From an uncultured virus (IMG/VR IMGVR_UViG_3300007609_000011) (Duplodnaviria > Heunggongvirae > Uroviricota > Caudoviricetes): a stretch of DNA of 64,000 bases. The notes under the pieces were generated by a model. That model saw only the letters and a program-made list of their open reading frames with translations, had not been told where the DNA came from and ran no database searches. The position numbers and the translations under genes are program-made. The first letter of the stretch is position 1. Every line of letters starts with the position of its first letter. Below are positions 52,901 to 60,652 of this stretch, one piece after another. The stretch lies in IMG/VR virus record IMGVR_UViG_3300007609_000011, positions 1 through 64,000 of that record; one strand, given 5' to 3'.

Positions 52901-55900
52901 TATTATTATTGGGTAAAAGATAAAAAAATTACTCCTAACTTGACTACTAGGTCAATAAGTTCGTTCGATGTTAAAACTTACATTGAAAATCCAGCAGCCG
53001 CACAAATTCCGTTTGTTGCATTAATAGATGAAGACAAATTTATTTTATATAATTACGAAACAGTTTTAAGAAATAATGAGACATATATTAACTTCTTAAA
53101 CAAAGATAGTGAAATTGTAAACCCTGTTCACAAAGAATATCAACTATTAACTGAAGGAAATATAGAAAAAGAATTAAGCGAAGACTTAGAGTTGAAATGG
53201 ATTGATAGTCTAATAGGCTATGATTTAAATGCAAACAAAGTTCCCGATCCAAATCTTCCAGAAAGACAAAAATATGGTATCGGTTTTAGACCTAGACAGG
53301 GTATGTTTGTCGATAATAGAGAAGCTTTAAAAATCGTCGTCAACAGAATAAATCTTATTTTAAGTTCTCAACCTTATGTTGAAACATTAGATTTAACTGA
53401 TTTCTTTGATAGTCAAGAAATTCCAAATTCTACGTTAAACTTATACGATACATCCGTAGAAAATTTTGCTGACCTAGACAACGTCGGAGCTATAAGATTA
53501 ACTTCTGCTTCTTTGCAAGCCAACATTGTGAATGGTGAAATTGATACTGTTGATATAATAAATCCCGGATTTGGGTACCGAGTACCGCCAACTGTTGAAG
53601 TAATCGGAAACGGTGAAAATGCAGAAATTACCACAGTTATTAATTCTATAGGCCAAGTAACAGCAGTTAATGTTGTTAATGCAGGAAGAAAATATACAAC
53701 TGTCGATCTCAAAATAAGAGCATTTTCTGTTCTTGTAGAGAGTGACGAAACTTCAAACAATTTTTGGAGTGTATATGAATATGACGAAAATAGAAATACT
53801 TTTTATAGAAGTATAACTCAAGATTATGATGTATCTCGTTATTGGGATTATGTAAATTGGTGGCAGGACGGATACGGCCCAGATTCTAAAGTTTCGTTCG
53901 AAATCGAAAACTTTAGTTTAATTCCTACATTAAATTTAACGTCCGGTAATCTTATAAGAATCAAAGAATACGGCACAGGCGGTTGGGTTGTTCTAGAAAA
54001 GAATGAATCTAATACAGGCGATATTGGAACAGATTTTAATATAGTAGGTAGACAAGACGGAACTATTTCTTTAAAATCGAGCTTATATGACGATACTGCA
54101 TTCGGACTAGGGTTCGACAGCATAGATTCTTTTGATACAACTAAGTATGATAAAGAACCGTATTTAGAAACAAGAAAACTATTGTATGCAATTAAAAATA
54201 ATATCTTTGTAAATGAACTTGCCACTGAATGGAACAAGCTGTTTTTTGCAAGTATTAAATATGCATTTACAGAACAAGAATATGTTGATTGGGCGTTCAA
54301 AACAAGTTTTGTTAATGTTAAACATACTGTTGGGGATCTTGATCAGCCTACAAATTATCGTCCAGATGGATTAGACAGTTATCTAAGTTACCTAGAAGAA
54401 GTAAAGCCTTTTAGAACATCAATACGAGAATTTATTAGTAGCTATAATGAAATTGAAGATACTCCTACTATAACCACTGACTTTGATTTGCCTCCTTACT
54501 ATAACACTAATGCAGGAAAGGTGTTAAGCGTAAATCAATATGATTCTAATCTCCAGAATTATCCGTGGAAATATTGGTCCGATAATCAAGGGTATGCTAT
54601 AACCGAAATTGAAATAGCCAATGCAGGTAGTGGTTATACAAATCCTCCAAGCGTAGTTATTACTGGCACTGGCTCCGGCGCATCCGCTAGAGCTTTTATT
54701 AGAAACGGTTCAGTAAGTAGAATACAGATTATTAATAAAGGCTACGGATACACTTCTAACACAGTAGTGTCGTTGGTTGGAGGTAATGGTAGTAATCCTG
54801 ATAATGCAAAAGCAGTTCCTATACTTGGCGATAATTTAATTAGAAACATCGATACAAAAATTAAATTTGATCGTATTTCTAAAAATCCTCTATACTCAAC
54901 ACTTACTAAAGAAGAGTCGTTTATTGCAACAGGAAATACATCTGTATTCACATTAAGTTACGCTCCTACTCGTAATAAAAATGATATTGTAGTTTATAGG
55001 AATAATCAAATATTATTAAACAGTGATTACTCTATAACACTCTTTACTCAGTATAACAATCAATATACACAGTTAAAAGGAAGGTTAACTCTAACAGAAG
55101 TTCCTGATGCTAATGATGTTATTACAGTAATGTATAATATTAACAATGAATTACTAGATTCAGTAGCAAGAATTAACAAATTCTACAGTCCATTGGCAGG
55201 AATGAAAGGTAAAGAATTAAATCAACTAATGACAGGTATAGATTTCGGCGGTGTGCAAATCCAAGGAAATACATTCGATGTTACTGGAGGATGGGATGCA
55301 TTACCTTGGTTTACTGATAATTGGGATTCAGTAGAGAGTAATACTGATTTCTATGTAGTCGCCGATGGTAGTACCACATCTGTAACATTACCGTATACCC
55401 CAGAGTCTGGCGAAATCATAACGGTTTATTTGAAACGGTCGGGGTCTGATTTAGTTCAAACAATCGATGATTTGCAATATTCAGATGTTCCAGATGAACC
55501 TAAAACTGTTCGTATAGATGATCCTTATTTTGATCAGTATGACGGAACTACAGTACAACCGAACGGAAGAACTACTGCTCCGGATAGTGCGTTGATGCCT
55601 TCTTTTATTGGAGACGGTAGCACAAAGACTGTTGAAATAGGGTCATACGTAAGAACCTATGAAAATGATATTTTAGTCTTTAGAAAGTTAGAAAGTGATG
55701 GTACTGTAACAATTGAAGATGAAAACATTGTAGATACAAACCTATCCGGAGGTAATTTAAATTTTGCAGGAGGCGCATACAGCACCGCTAATGGAACAAC
55801 TGCTGAAGAGATAGTAATAGAAGGTGGAAAATTTATATCTCCTGAACAATCAACAGGCCCCGAAGAAAATCTTCCGGGACAAGTTTTAGAAAGTCTTAGT

Positions 55901-57907
55901 TTTAAAGTATTCACTAAAAAAACAGATGGAGCCGCACCTGTATTATCGAAAATTTATGTTGCCGACGGAACTTCTTCGACGTATTTTATAGGACAACCAA
56001 TTTTAGAAAACAGTTCTATTAAAGTTTACTTAAACAAAGTAGAACAAGATGTAACTTCGGATTTTGAAATTGATTATGTAGATAATTCGATAAGTTTTGT
56101 AACAACACCTACTCAAAACGACAAGATTGAAATTTTCAGTATAGGAATCGGCGGTGTTGGAATAATAGATTATCAGGAATTTATCGGCGACGGCGAAACT
56201 GATCAATTTCTAACCAAAGCTCGATTTGATAGCACATCTCAAATTTTTGTAACAGTAGATGGAGATCCGGTTACCGGAACTTTCGAAGAAAGCAGTATCA
56301 CAACCGATACCCAAGGAAAAACATTGGTTAAGTTAACAGTAACTCCTGGTTTTAGAAATGTTGTAAAAATCATATGTTTAGAAAGCAATATAGGAGAATT
56401 AGAAGGTGTAGTAAGAGTTAATGAGCAACAATTTATATATGACGGCTCGACAAGAAATTATCCCGTAGATAATTTTGTAACTTATGAAGGAATAAATGCA
56501 ACTTCTAGTGTATTGGTTACTAAAAATGGTGCAGAATTAACAGCAGTTGATACAATTGTAGAAATTTATGACGGAACTAACGACGAAATAGAATTAGGTA
56601 TTGATCCTGTAGAATTAATTGGTTCGATAACATCTGGTAACATTAAAGTTTATGTTAACGATGAATTAAAAGAGTTTGTTATTGATTATGTGTTTGACGG
56701 TAATCGTAATGTAATAACTTTAGGCGAAGGCACAGCCAGCATAGGAGACAGAATAAAGATCGAAACTAATGTAAGAGCTGACTATGCAATGATCACTTCG
56801 TTTGACAGTGCTACTGACGGAGTATTACAGTTATCTGAAGACTTATCGATAAATCCGGGAGACACAATCGAGATAACATGGTTTGAACAATATCCTTCGA
56901 TGGATATAATTTCCGATCAATATACTGGCGGACAACTAAAATATAAATTGTCTAGACAACCAGTTAGTGTAAATTTTGTTAAGGTGTTCTTAAATGGAGT
57001 TAGACTAATACAAGATTTCGATTATTATATCGACGAACCTGGATTAAATGTTTATCTTAAAGATTTAACCACTACCTCTGATGATTCGATCAAGATAGTC
57101 CAGTTTGGTACTTTGTCTTATTCTAGTCCAAGTATCTACGAAATACACAAAGATATGTTGAATCAATATCAATTTACTAGAATTTCTATCTCTTCTGATA
57201 TAAAATTAGATAGAAATTTAAATTATTATGATACTGAAATAGTAGTATCAGATACTTCTACTTTATTTGAACCTATTAGAGAACTTAACCGTCCCGGTGT
57301 TCTTTTAATAGGTAAAGAAAGAATTGAATATTTTGTAAAGACTGGAAATGTTCTTAGCCAATTAAGAAGAGGCACTAAAGGAACCAGCGTCGGCGAGGTA
57401 TATCCTGAGGGATCAGATGTAGTTGATGTCAGTCCGTCAGAAGAAATTCCTTACAACGAAACAATTATAAAAGAAGATTTTGTCAGCGATGGAAGCACAA
57501 CTTTAATAGGACCGTTGAGCTTTACGCCGTCTAAAACAACTATTACAGGCTGGTACAGAGATACTATACCTACGGATTATGGTCAATGTGATGATGTAGA
57601 AGTGTTTGTTGCCGGTACTAGATTAAGAAAGCAACCGGTTAGTTATTATAGTGAATCTTTAGGAGATTTAGGTAATGCAGATGCAGAGCAGACTTTAGAA
57701 GCAGAATTTTCAACCAATGGCGAAAATGCATACATTAGACTTACCGAAGCACCGCCAGCCGGCACAAGAATATTTGTAATTAAGAAGCAAGGATATACTT
57801 GGTATGACAGGGGATTAACTACCGCATCTGCTGGTATATCACTACTACAGAACGAAACTGACATTGCAAAATTCTTAAGACAAAAATCTAGTGAATTACC
57901 CGAATAA
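43955..57907 (+). CDS. Giant multidomain baseplate protein (4650 aa; gp7-like position) with FG-GAP-like propeller, CBM-like and Ig-like repeats
   Basis: Single uninterrupted ORF after gp6; FG..V.....LVVGAP repeats; NPGFGY..PP.V / NAGSGY.NPP.V repeats. Confidence 0.8.
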   Translation: MAVKKYPESNLPIRQTSDLLPSIFKTEQNEKFLNGTLDALVQPGVLNKITGYVGRRYGKTFNGNDVYSGNDETLRSRYQLETGVTVEENQEVKQFYDYLDFKNILNFFGNNTDIDSVTTDAKHYSWNPPIDWDKFINYRQYYWIPEGPPDVNISGQSQSIVSTYKVRTSDPQNWLITPDGLTPNPTLELYRGQTYKFDINSPDNPFVIRTNYDTGSLLFDSNKAYDLGQLALYSNVLYRATESIPILQGVFNPEQWEIVDAQEQETVLDYNDGVVNNNIESGTVTFTVPLDSPDILYYQSSTEPDRLGQFVIKDIEENSFVDVEKEIIGKETYTSGNGIELTNGLVISFIGQVTPLSYSSGKYLVEGVGDGIRLIQFDDLVVPPTVSSSNLDVIFDNEGFDTQPFDNASTYPGEKDYITINKSSIDRNPWSRYNRWFHKDVLEFAFAQNDSSFSANEDSRAKRPIIEFQPDLQLTNHGGTAKDTVDLIDTFTTDVFSIIEGSQGYNIDNISLYAGARILFTADTDSLVKNKIYEVQFIDHNGTNIIHLAETEDTLPQDNDCVIIRYGQANGGKMFHYANETWIESQSKTEVNQSPLFELFDESGNQFSDITIYDTTTFVGTPIVSYKEGTGNNDAELGFPISYLNISNVGDIEFDYDLDVGSFDYIDNQVLVSKQYSTGYLKFNNEKSYDNCWTVSDNTFHSPIVDSVVISESTTELTLTTVNFKEVTDEQIHLYVNDLKVENYQRSVNTFVFDTALKENDVLTIKIFADVEPVDGYFEIPKGLEQNPLNGDIQEFTLGTAIDHVATAVEFNSSLISTADNSVNKVIGNNNLRDLSGYIQNATRFMKHDGINALALYLLCDKENNVIKSLEYAKSQYRVFKSDFIKNITEEEIFDNPSESVDNIMKKMTDNKTNQSAFKYTDMIGFGAYTSIQLTVDDTEIKTFSLSDNFDLDTSSNKAVYVYLNNVQLFHGYDYEFNSDFGFVTLDVELSEGDIIEIREYLSTVSGFIPATPTKLGLYKKFKPEIFIDDTFVEPKKMIQGHDGSLFAAFDDYRDDIILELEKRIYNNIKISYNENLLDIDSLLSSYYGNGDFEKETFDSIIGKQFLKWISNSTLDYTQNEYLDTENSFTYTYSNMLDPTRSINLPGYWRGVYRWFFDTDRPHTRPWEMLGFSEEPSWWQTEYGPAPYTKGNLVLWEDIENGIIRQGSRAGTYDKYKRPGLTNYIPVDHSGNLQSPLNAGIAKNFVLVNNQGAFKFGDVGPVESSWRYSSDYPFSVIIGLSLLQPFKIISQNLDKVGFTTNLLGQTVDVDTFKFKNVDQINVPTATNITGGIINYVTDYILSQGRTSESLQNVFENFNVRLSHRLSGFVDQDKLNFVLDSKNPRSASESVFLPAENYQLFFNESAPIETLEYSGVIVEKVSTGFKINGYNQNKPYFNYIKPVESKGDPVFEVGGISESFVDWTPEQFYANGTLARFNNRYYRSKQSHTSGTDFDSSLWSALPKLPIEGGVEAFRRRTFSNKIIEVPYGTIFTDIQSVVDFLLGYQKHLESKGFVFDSYDTELKVNRDWLTSAKEFMFWSTHEWATGSLISLSPMSLQVSIRYPVGVSEDIFDSFYDFNIFKSDGTPLKTNEIDVKRSFQTLEVTSKLSNDGIYFLAVNYVLKEHVALFDDRTVFNDVVYEKTSGYRQQRIKVRGFKTADWDGDYTSPGFIFDNVDINDWQPFIDYKLGDIVSYREFFYTSLMNQSGSAEFIESNWTKLDLVPKKELIPNYDYKINQFEDYFNLDSDAVVGSQRELAQHTFGYQPRNYLSNIIQDEVTQFKIYQGYIREKGSLNSISKVFDKISRIDGNSIDVKEEWAFKTNTFGGVNTLTETEFRLPYESFDLSPQPIIIQESDNIEQSNDQYTRITPKEFTINKSPFTKNIFSKKLFNGDSRNAGYVSTLDVDYIVRDIPELLSLDISDISENQNIWITFEDASWNVYRFNRSEILTVENAEVIDNNVEITFNRAHNFSVNDIIGFKQIPGINGLHKVTFAGLKTLRFEITPPLEISFDSSTVIRIYQLTSARYSGYDRISDESISVLNTGSKVWIDENENQKWEVLEKAQLYQDKSIVDYGVSLPVKTGYNVLYLENLKQSVVSIPGSNIVSVLVETANGLAAKQVLQPPTGFNFIDQSFGYGLGVSPDEKYLVIGAPLISDIPTPYKGKYSPSATYASNSIVEHDGKLWRALVGITGADGSTINIYSGDWTEATNIRVDTDETGSGLTSQGLVLVYERSNNRWEFHSSFVSPRPNDNERFGETISISKNGSSYQLAVGAPGALRNRGRIYFFDLVANEWKIQQNVNYRGLYSSDVDTFYPAGSIVYYNNNLWRTSVDVYSDGSTITVENEEWQLIDPVSTHCSLPTNISLPFDGSTIDDSTSKIGILSSEQIAELTKEGDQFGRSFALTSTGNVLVVGAPFSDEKFFQNYRGSWQPFVEYLEGDVVRYQGSYHILTDPSGNDSAITSNNERPDDGLPWENIGDSSRLFIGKVFVYVKNEFGFYDLKQTISSENFDNGPFYVYGTNDDIKGHYYPLYTNESLANSIGETSQAFTFTEYPGVTFYMPSTDINLYKKEQPQNLRNYDDKEVVDLGDQFGYRVDVDGSGSTIVVSSPLSDIELQDQGAVYVFKTDNLVSPHYQLLQKLTSYENYVSEFFGSDVSISKNNEKIVVGAKNSPFVKPTSFDLESGTSFDSGTTNFIFDLGYPGQAYVFERKPERYFLAEKLQSENFQDDESFGSSVDCSSDKVLVGSPDFIVGNSAFGNARLFSNAGLKSISTIGIQTELTDPFEIQNISLFDNFTNTKTGDIEIVDSYKFKFLSLVEQELSFKTMYDPAIYTAGNNETTVQQNQAWFEKNVGKLWLDLSTVKWLNYEQEDVGYRISNWNRTAYGSSVDVYEWVETKLLPSEWAAIADTTEGLSAGISGQPLYADDTVYSQKILYNIETGQTSETLYYYWVKDKKITPNLTTRSISSFDVKTYIENPAAAQIPFVALIDEDKFILYNYETVLRNNETYINFLNKDSEIVNPVHKEYQLLTEGNIEKELSEDLELKWIDSLIGYDLNANKVPDPNLPERQKYGIGFRPRQGMFVDNREALKIVVNRINLILSSQPYVETLDLTDFFDSQEIPNSTLNLYDTSVENFADLDNVGAIRLTSASLQANIVNGEIDTVDIINPGFGYRVPPTVEVIGNGENAEITTVINSIGQVTAVNVVNAGRKYTTVDLKIRAFSVLVESDETSNNFWSVYEYDENRNTFYRSITQDYDVSRYWDYVNWWQDGYGPDSKVSFEIENFSLIPTLNLTSGNLIRIKEYGTGGWVVLEKNESNTGDIGTDFNIVGRQDGTISLKSSLYDDTAFGLGFDSIDSFDTTKYDKEPYLETRKLLYAIKNNIFVNELATEWNKLFFASIKYAFTEQEYVDWAFKTSFVNVKHTVGDLDQPTNYRPDGLDSYLSYLEEVKPFRTSIREFISSYNEIEDTPTITTDFDLPPYYNTNAGKVLSVNQYDSNLQNYPWKYWSDNQGYAITEIEIANAGSGYTNPPSVVITGTGSGASARAFIRNGSVSRIQIINKGYGYTSNTVVSLVGGNGSNPDNAKAVPILGDNLIRNIDTKIKFDRISKNPLYSTLTKEESFIATGNTSVFTLSYAPTRNKNDIVVYRNNQILLNSDYSITLFTQYNNQYTQLKGRLTLTEVPDANDVITVMYNINNELLDSVARINKFYSPLAGMKGKELNQLMTGIDFGGVQIQGNTFDVTGGWDALPWFTDNWDSVESNTDFYVVADGSTTSVTLPYTPESGEIITVYLKRSGSDLVQTIDDLQYSDVPDEPKTVRIDDPYFDQYDGTTVQPNGRTTAPDSALMPSFIGDGSTKTVEIGSYVRTYENDILVFRKLESDGTVTIEDENIVDTNLSGGNLNFAGGAYSTANGTTAEEIVIEGGKFISPEQSTGPEENLPGQVLESLSFKVFTKKTDGAAPVLSKIYVADGTSSTYFIGQPILENSSIKVYLNKVEQDVTSDFEIDYVDNSISFVTTPTQNDKIEIFSIGIGGVGIIDYQEFIGDGETDQFLTKARFDSTSQIFVTVDGDPVTGTFEESSITTDTQGKTLVKLTVTPGFRNVVKIICLESNIGELEGVVRVNEQQFIYDGSTRNYPVDNFVTYEGINATSSVLVTKNGAELTAVDTIVEIYDGTNDEIELGIDPVELIGSITSGNIKVYVNDELKEFVIDYVFDGNRNVITLGEGTASIGDRIKIETNVRADYAMITSFDSATDGVLQLSEDLSINPGDTIEITWFEQYPSMDIISDQYTGGQLKYKLSRQPVSVNFVKVFLNGVRLIQDFDYYIDEPGLNVYLKDLTTTSDDSIKIVQFGTLSYSSPSIYEIHKDMLNQYQFTRISISSDIKLDRNLNYYDTEIVVSDTSTLFEPIRELNRPGVLLIGKERIEYFVKTGNVLSQLRRGTKGTSVGEVYPEGSDVVDVSPSEEIPYNETIIKEDFVSDGSTTLIGPLSFTPSKTTITGWYRDTIPTDYGQCDDVEVFVAGTRLRKQPVSYYSESLGDLGNADAEQTLEAEFSTNGENAYIRLTEAPPAGTRIFVIKKQGYTWYDRGLTTASAGISLLQNETDIAKFLRQKSSELPE

Positions 57908-57910
57908 ATA
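57903..57910 (+). promoter_or_regulatory. Late promoter box (AATAAATA) 4 nt before ATG
   Basis: Overlaps the stop of the giant gene; AATAAATA-GCTT-ATG. Confidence 0.55.
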
Positions 57911-57914
57911 GCTT

Positions 57915-58565
57915 ATGAAGAAGAAAAAATCTCAGCAACAAGAAGATAAAAAAATGAAAAAACCTGATGAAGTTACTGGCTGGAAGTTCGATGGCCATAT
58001 TAAAATTTTTGATCCGGAGACTGATAAAGTTTATGTAGATCAACGAAATGCGATTCATTATGAAAATATGAGTATTGCAATTGTGAATTCTTTGTCAAAT
58101 CAAAATCTTGGTTACATTTATCAGATGGATTTTGGTAACGGCGGAACCAATGTTGATCCTACCGGCTTAATTGCATATTTGACTCCTAATACTGTAGGTA
58201 CAAATTCTAGTTTATACAACAAGACATACAGTAAAATAGTGGATCAAAATGCTACCGTAAACGAAGACCCAATTAGAAATAAAATGGAAATTCGTCATAT
58301 TGCTGGTGCAACCTATAGCGATATTATTGTAAGTTGTACTTTAGATTATGGCGAACCGGACGGACAAGAAGCATTTGATAATAGTCAGGATTTAAATGGT
58401 GAATTTGTCTTTGATGAGTTAGGATTAAGATCCTACTCTCCATCAGGAACCGGAAAATTGTTAACACACGTTATTTTTCATCCTGTACAAAAATCATTAA
58501 ACAGATTGCTCCAAATTGATTATACAATTAGAGTACAAAGCTTAACAGGCTTCAGCGAGGAATAA
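57915..58565 (+). CDS. Baseplate/tail-fibre attachment protein
   Basis: FGNGGT...FDELGL...HPVQKS motifs resembling tail-collar/gp8-like baseplate proteins. Confidence 0.6.
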   Translation: MKKKKSQQQEDKKMKKPDEVTGWKFDGHIKIFDPETDKVYVDQRNAIHYENMSIAIVNSLSNQNLGYIYQMDFGNGGTNVDPTGLIAYLTPNTVGTNSSLYNKTYSKIVDQNATVNEDPIRNKMEIRHIAGATYSDIIVSCTLDYGEPDGQEAFDNSQDLNGEFVFDELGLRSYSPSGTGKLLTHVIFHPVQKSLNRLLQIDYTIRVQSLTGFSEE

Positions 58566-58566
58566 T

Positions 58567-60651
58567 ATGCCGTATCAGGTTAATTTTACAGACAGAGAAA
58601 ATAAAGTACCGATTACTGTTTTCGACAATACTTCAAATGAAGACACCAGCTTAACCATACCGGGAAGAAATGTCACCGGCTACGGTCAAATAATTGCTGA
58701 AAATTTTGTTTCTTTATTAGAAAATTTTGCAAGTGAAACTGCACCAGCTAACCCTATTGAAGGACAGTTGTGGTACGACGTAAGCAATAACACTCTTCAA
58801 ATTTACGATAGTACTAATTGGAAAGCAGCCAGTAGCATACAAAAAAGCATAACCGAACCGAGTGTAGAAACTGCTAATGTAGGTGAACTTTGGGTTGACA
58901 CTATTAATCAACAACTTTATATTTTCAGCGGAACACGCTGGATTTTGGTAGGCCCTAACTTTAGCTCGGGATTAAGAAGTGGACCTATTGTAGAACAAAT
59001 TGTTGACAGTGACAACTTAGACAGAATTATATTAACATTCTATATCGACGATAATCCTATATTCATTGTTAGTAAAGATACATTTACACCTAAAACAAGT
59101 ATTGCAGGATTTACTACTATCAGTAGTGGATTAAATATTACCGATTCAAATGTCGATGTTGCAGGATTGGATGCTATCTTAAACAGTAGAGCCCAGTCGG
59201 CAGATGCATTAAACATCTCAGGCACTGAAGTTCCTGCTACAAGATTTTTAAGATCAGATGTTGTTAATACTTTAGAACAAGGTCTTAATATTAGAAATAA
59301 TTCTGGTATTACTTTAGGAGCAGACGGTAATGTCTCTCTATCCAACACAGCGGCGGGTGTAAGGTTATATAATAACTCTCCAGGCAGCAGTATTGATTTA
59401 CAAACTAATAGAGATGGTACACCATCGACTGTTTTGCGTGTTCAAAATCAAAATATAGGTATTAACAAACAAGATCCGGACTTTGCGTTAGATGTTGTAG
59501 GTGATATTGCTTTGACTGGAGAACTAACAGTTTCTAATACAACAGAATCTACAAATTTCTCTAACGGATCTATTCAGACAGCCGGCGGCGTAGCTGTATC
59601 TAAGAATTTGTTAGTAGGAACAACTGGTGACATCCAAGGAACTTTAACAACATCTAATGTTGAGCCTAGAGTCACAGAAACTTATGATTCTGGGACTGCA
59701 ACAAAGCGATGGAATACAGTAAGAGCAAAAACAATTATAGCAGACGAGTTACAAGGTGTGTTATCCGGTAATATTGTAGGTAACGCCAGCACCGCTACCA
59801 ACTTACGATTTGCAACTTCTTTTCAGCTTTCGGGCGATGTAACTTCGCAAAGCGTACAGTTCGACGGACAAGTAGGCGGACTTACTAAAATTTTTAATAC
59901 AACTCTTACAACAGACATTATTAGTGGAAAGTCCGAACCTACCGGTGTATATGGGTTACGATCAGTAAAAGATGACTTTGTTTTAGTATTTAGAGCAGGA
60001 TCCGGACTTTTAAAAGTCAAAAGAGATAATTTTATAGCCGATCTGGGAGTTCCAATCGGAACAATACTTCCTTTTGCAGGTGCGAATGCCCCATACGGAT
60101 ATCTTTTATGCGATGGTAGTGAAGTAGAAAGATTGAAGTATCAGAATTTGTATGATGTTATTTCAACAACTTATGGAACTCCAGCAGTCGGATTCGATAC
60201 ATTTGTTCTTCCGGATTTAAGAGGAAGATTCCCTCTAGGTAGAGATAATATGGATAACGGTGAGATTGTGCCTGATGATTCCGGAGCATTTGTAGACGCT
60301 GGCGGCGGAAATGCTGACAGGGTTGCTGGTACAGCGGCAGATAATCTCGGCGGCTCCGGCGGACAAAGCACTAACACATTAAGTGTAACTAACTTGCCAG
60401 ATCACGAACATAACATGCAAGGTAGTACCGGCGAACAATATTATGCAGTTCGACCAGATACTGCTAACCCGTTAGATGACGGAGCATCATTAAGAGTAGG
60501 TCCTACTGTTGCAGGACAAATGCAATATCTTCCAAGTTCCGGAGGTGTAAAAACCGCAGATATTTTAGGAGATGCTTTTGCGTTAATGAATCCATATCTG
60601 ACTATTAATTACATTATAAGATCTGGACCACCAGCTGAGGATTATATCTAA
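58567..60651 (+). CDS. Tail fibre with C-terminal phage tail collar domain (gp10/gp12-like)
   Basis: PIGTILPFAG..PYGYLLCDG...LPDLRGRFPLG...HEH...PYLTINYII. Confidence 0.85.
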   Translation: MPYQVNFTDRENKVPITVFDNTSNEDTSLTIPGRNVTGYGQIIAENFVSLLENFASETAPANPIEGQLWYDVSNNTLQIYDSTNWKAASSIQKSITEPSVETANVGELWVDTINQQLYIFSGTRWILVGPNFSSGLRSGPIVEQIVDSDNLDRIILTFYIDDNPIFIVSKDTFTPKTSIAGFTTISSGLNITDSNVDVAGLDAILNSRAQSADALNISGTEVPATRFLRSDVVNTLEQGLNIRNNSGITLGADGNVSLSNTAAGVRLYNNSPGSSIDLQTNRDGTPSTVLRVQNQNIGINKQDPDFALDVVGDIALTGELTVSNTTESTNFSNGSIQTAGGVAVSKNLLVGTTGDIQGTLTTSNVEPRVTETYDSGTATKRWNTVRAKTIIADELQGVLSGNIVGNASTATNLRFATSFQLSGDVTSQSVQFDGQVGGLTKIFNTTLTTDIISGKSEPTGVYGLRSVKDDFVLVFRAGSGLLKVKRDNFIADLGVPIGTILPFAGANAPYGYLLCDGSEVERLKYQNLYDVISTTYGTPAVGFDTFVLPDLRGRFPLGRDNMDNGEIVPDDSGAFVDAGGGNADRVAGTAADNLGGSGGQSTNTLSVTNLPDHEHNMQGSTGEQYYAVRPDTANPLDDGASLRVGPTVAGQMQYLPSSGGVKTADILGDAFALMNPYLTINYIIRSGPPAEDYI

Positions 60652-60652
60652 T

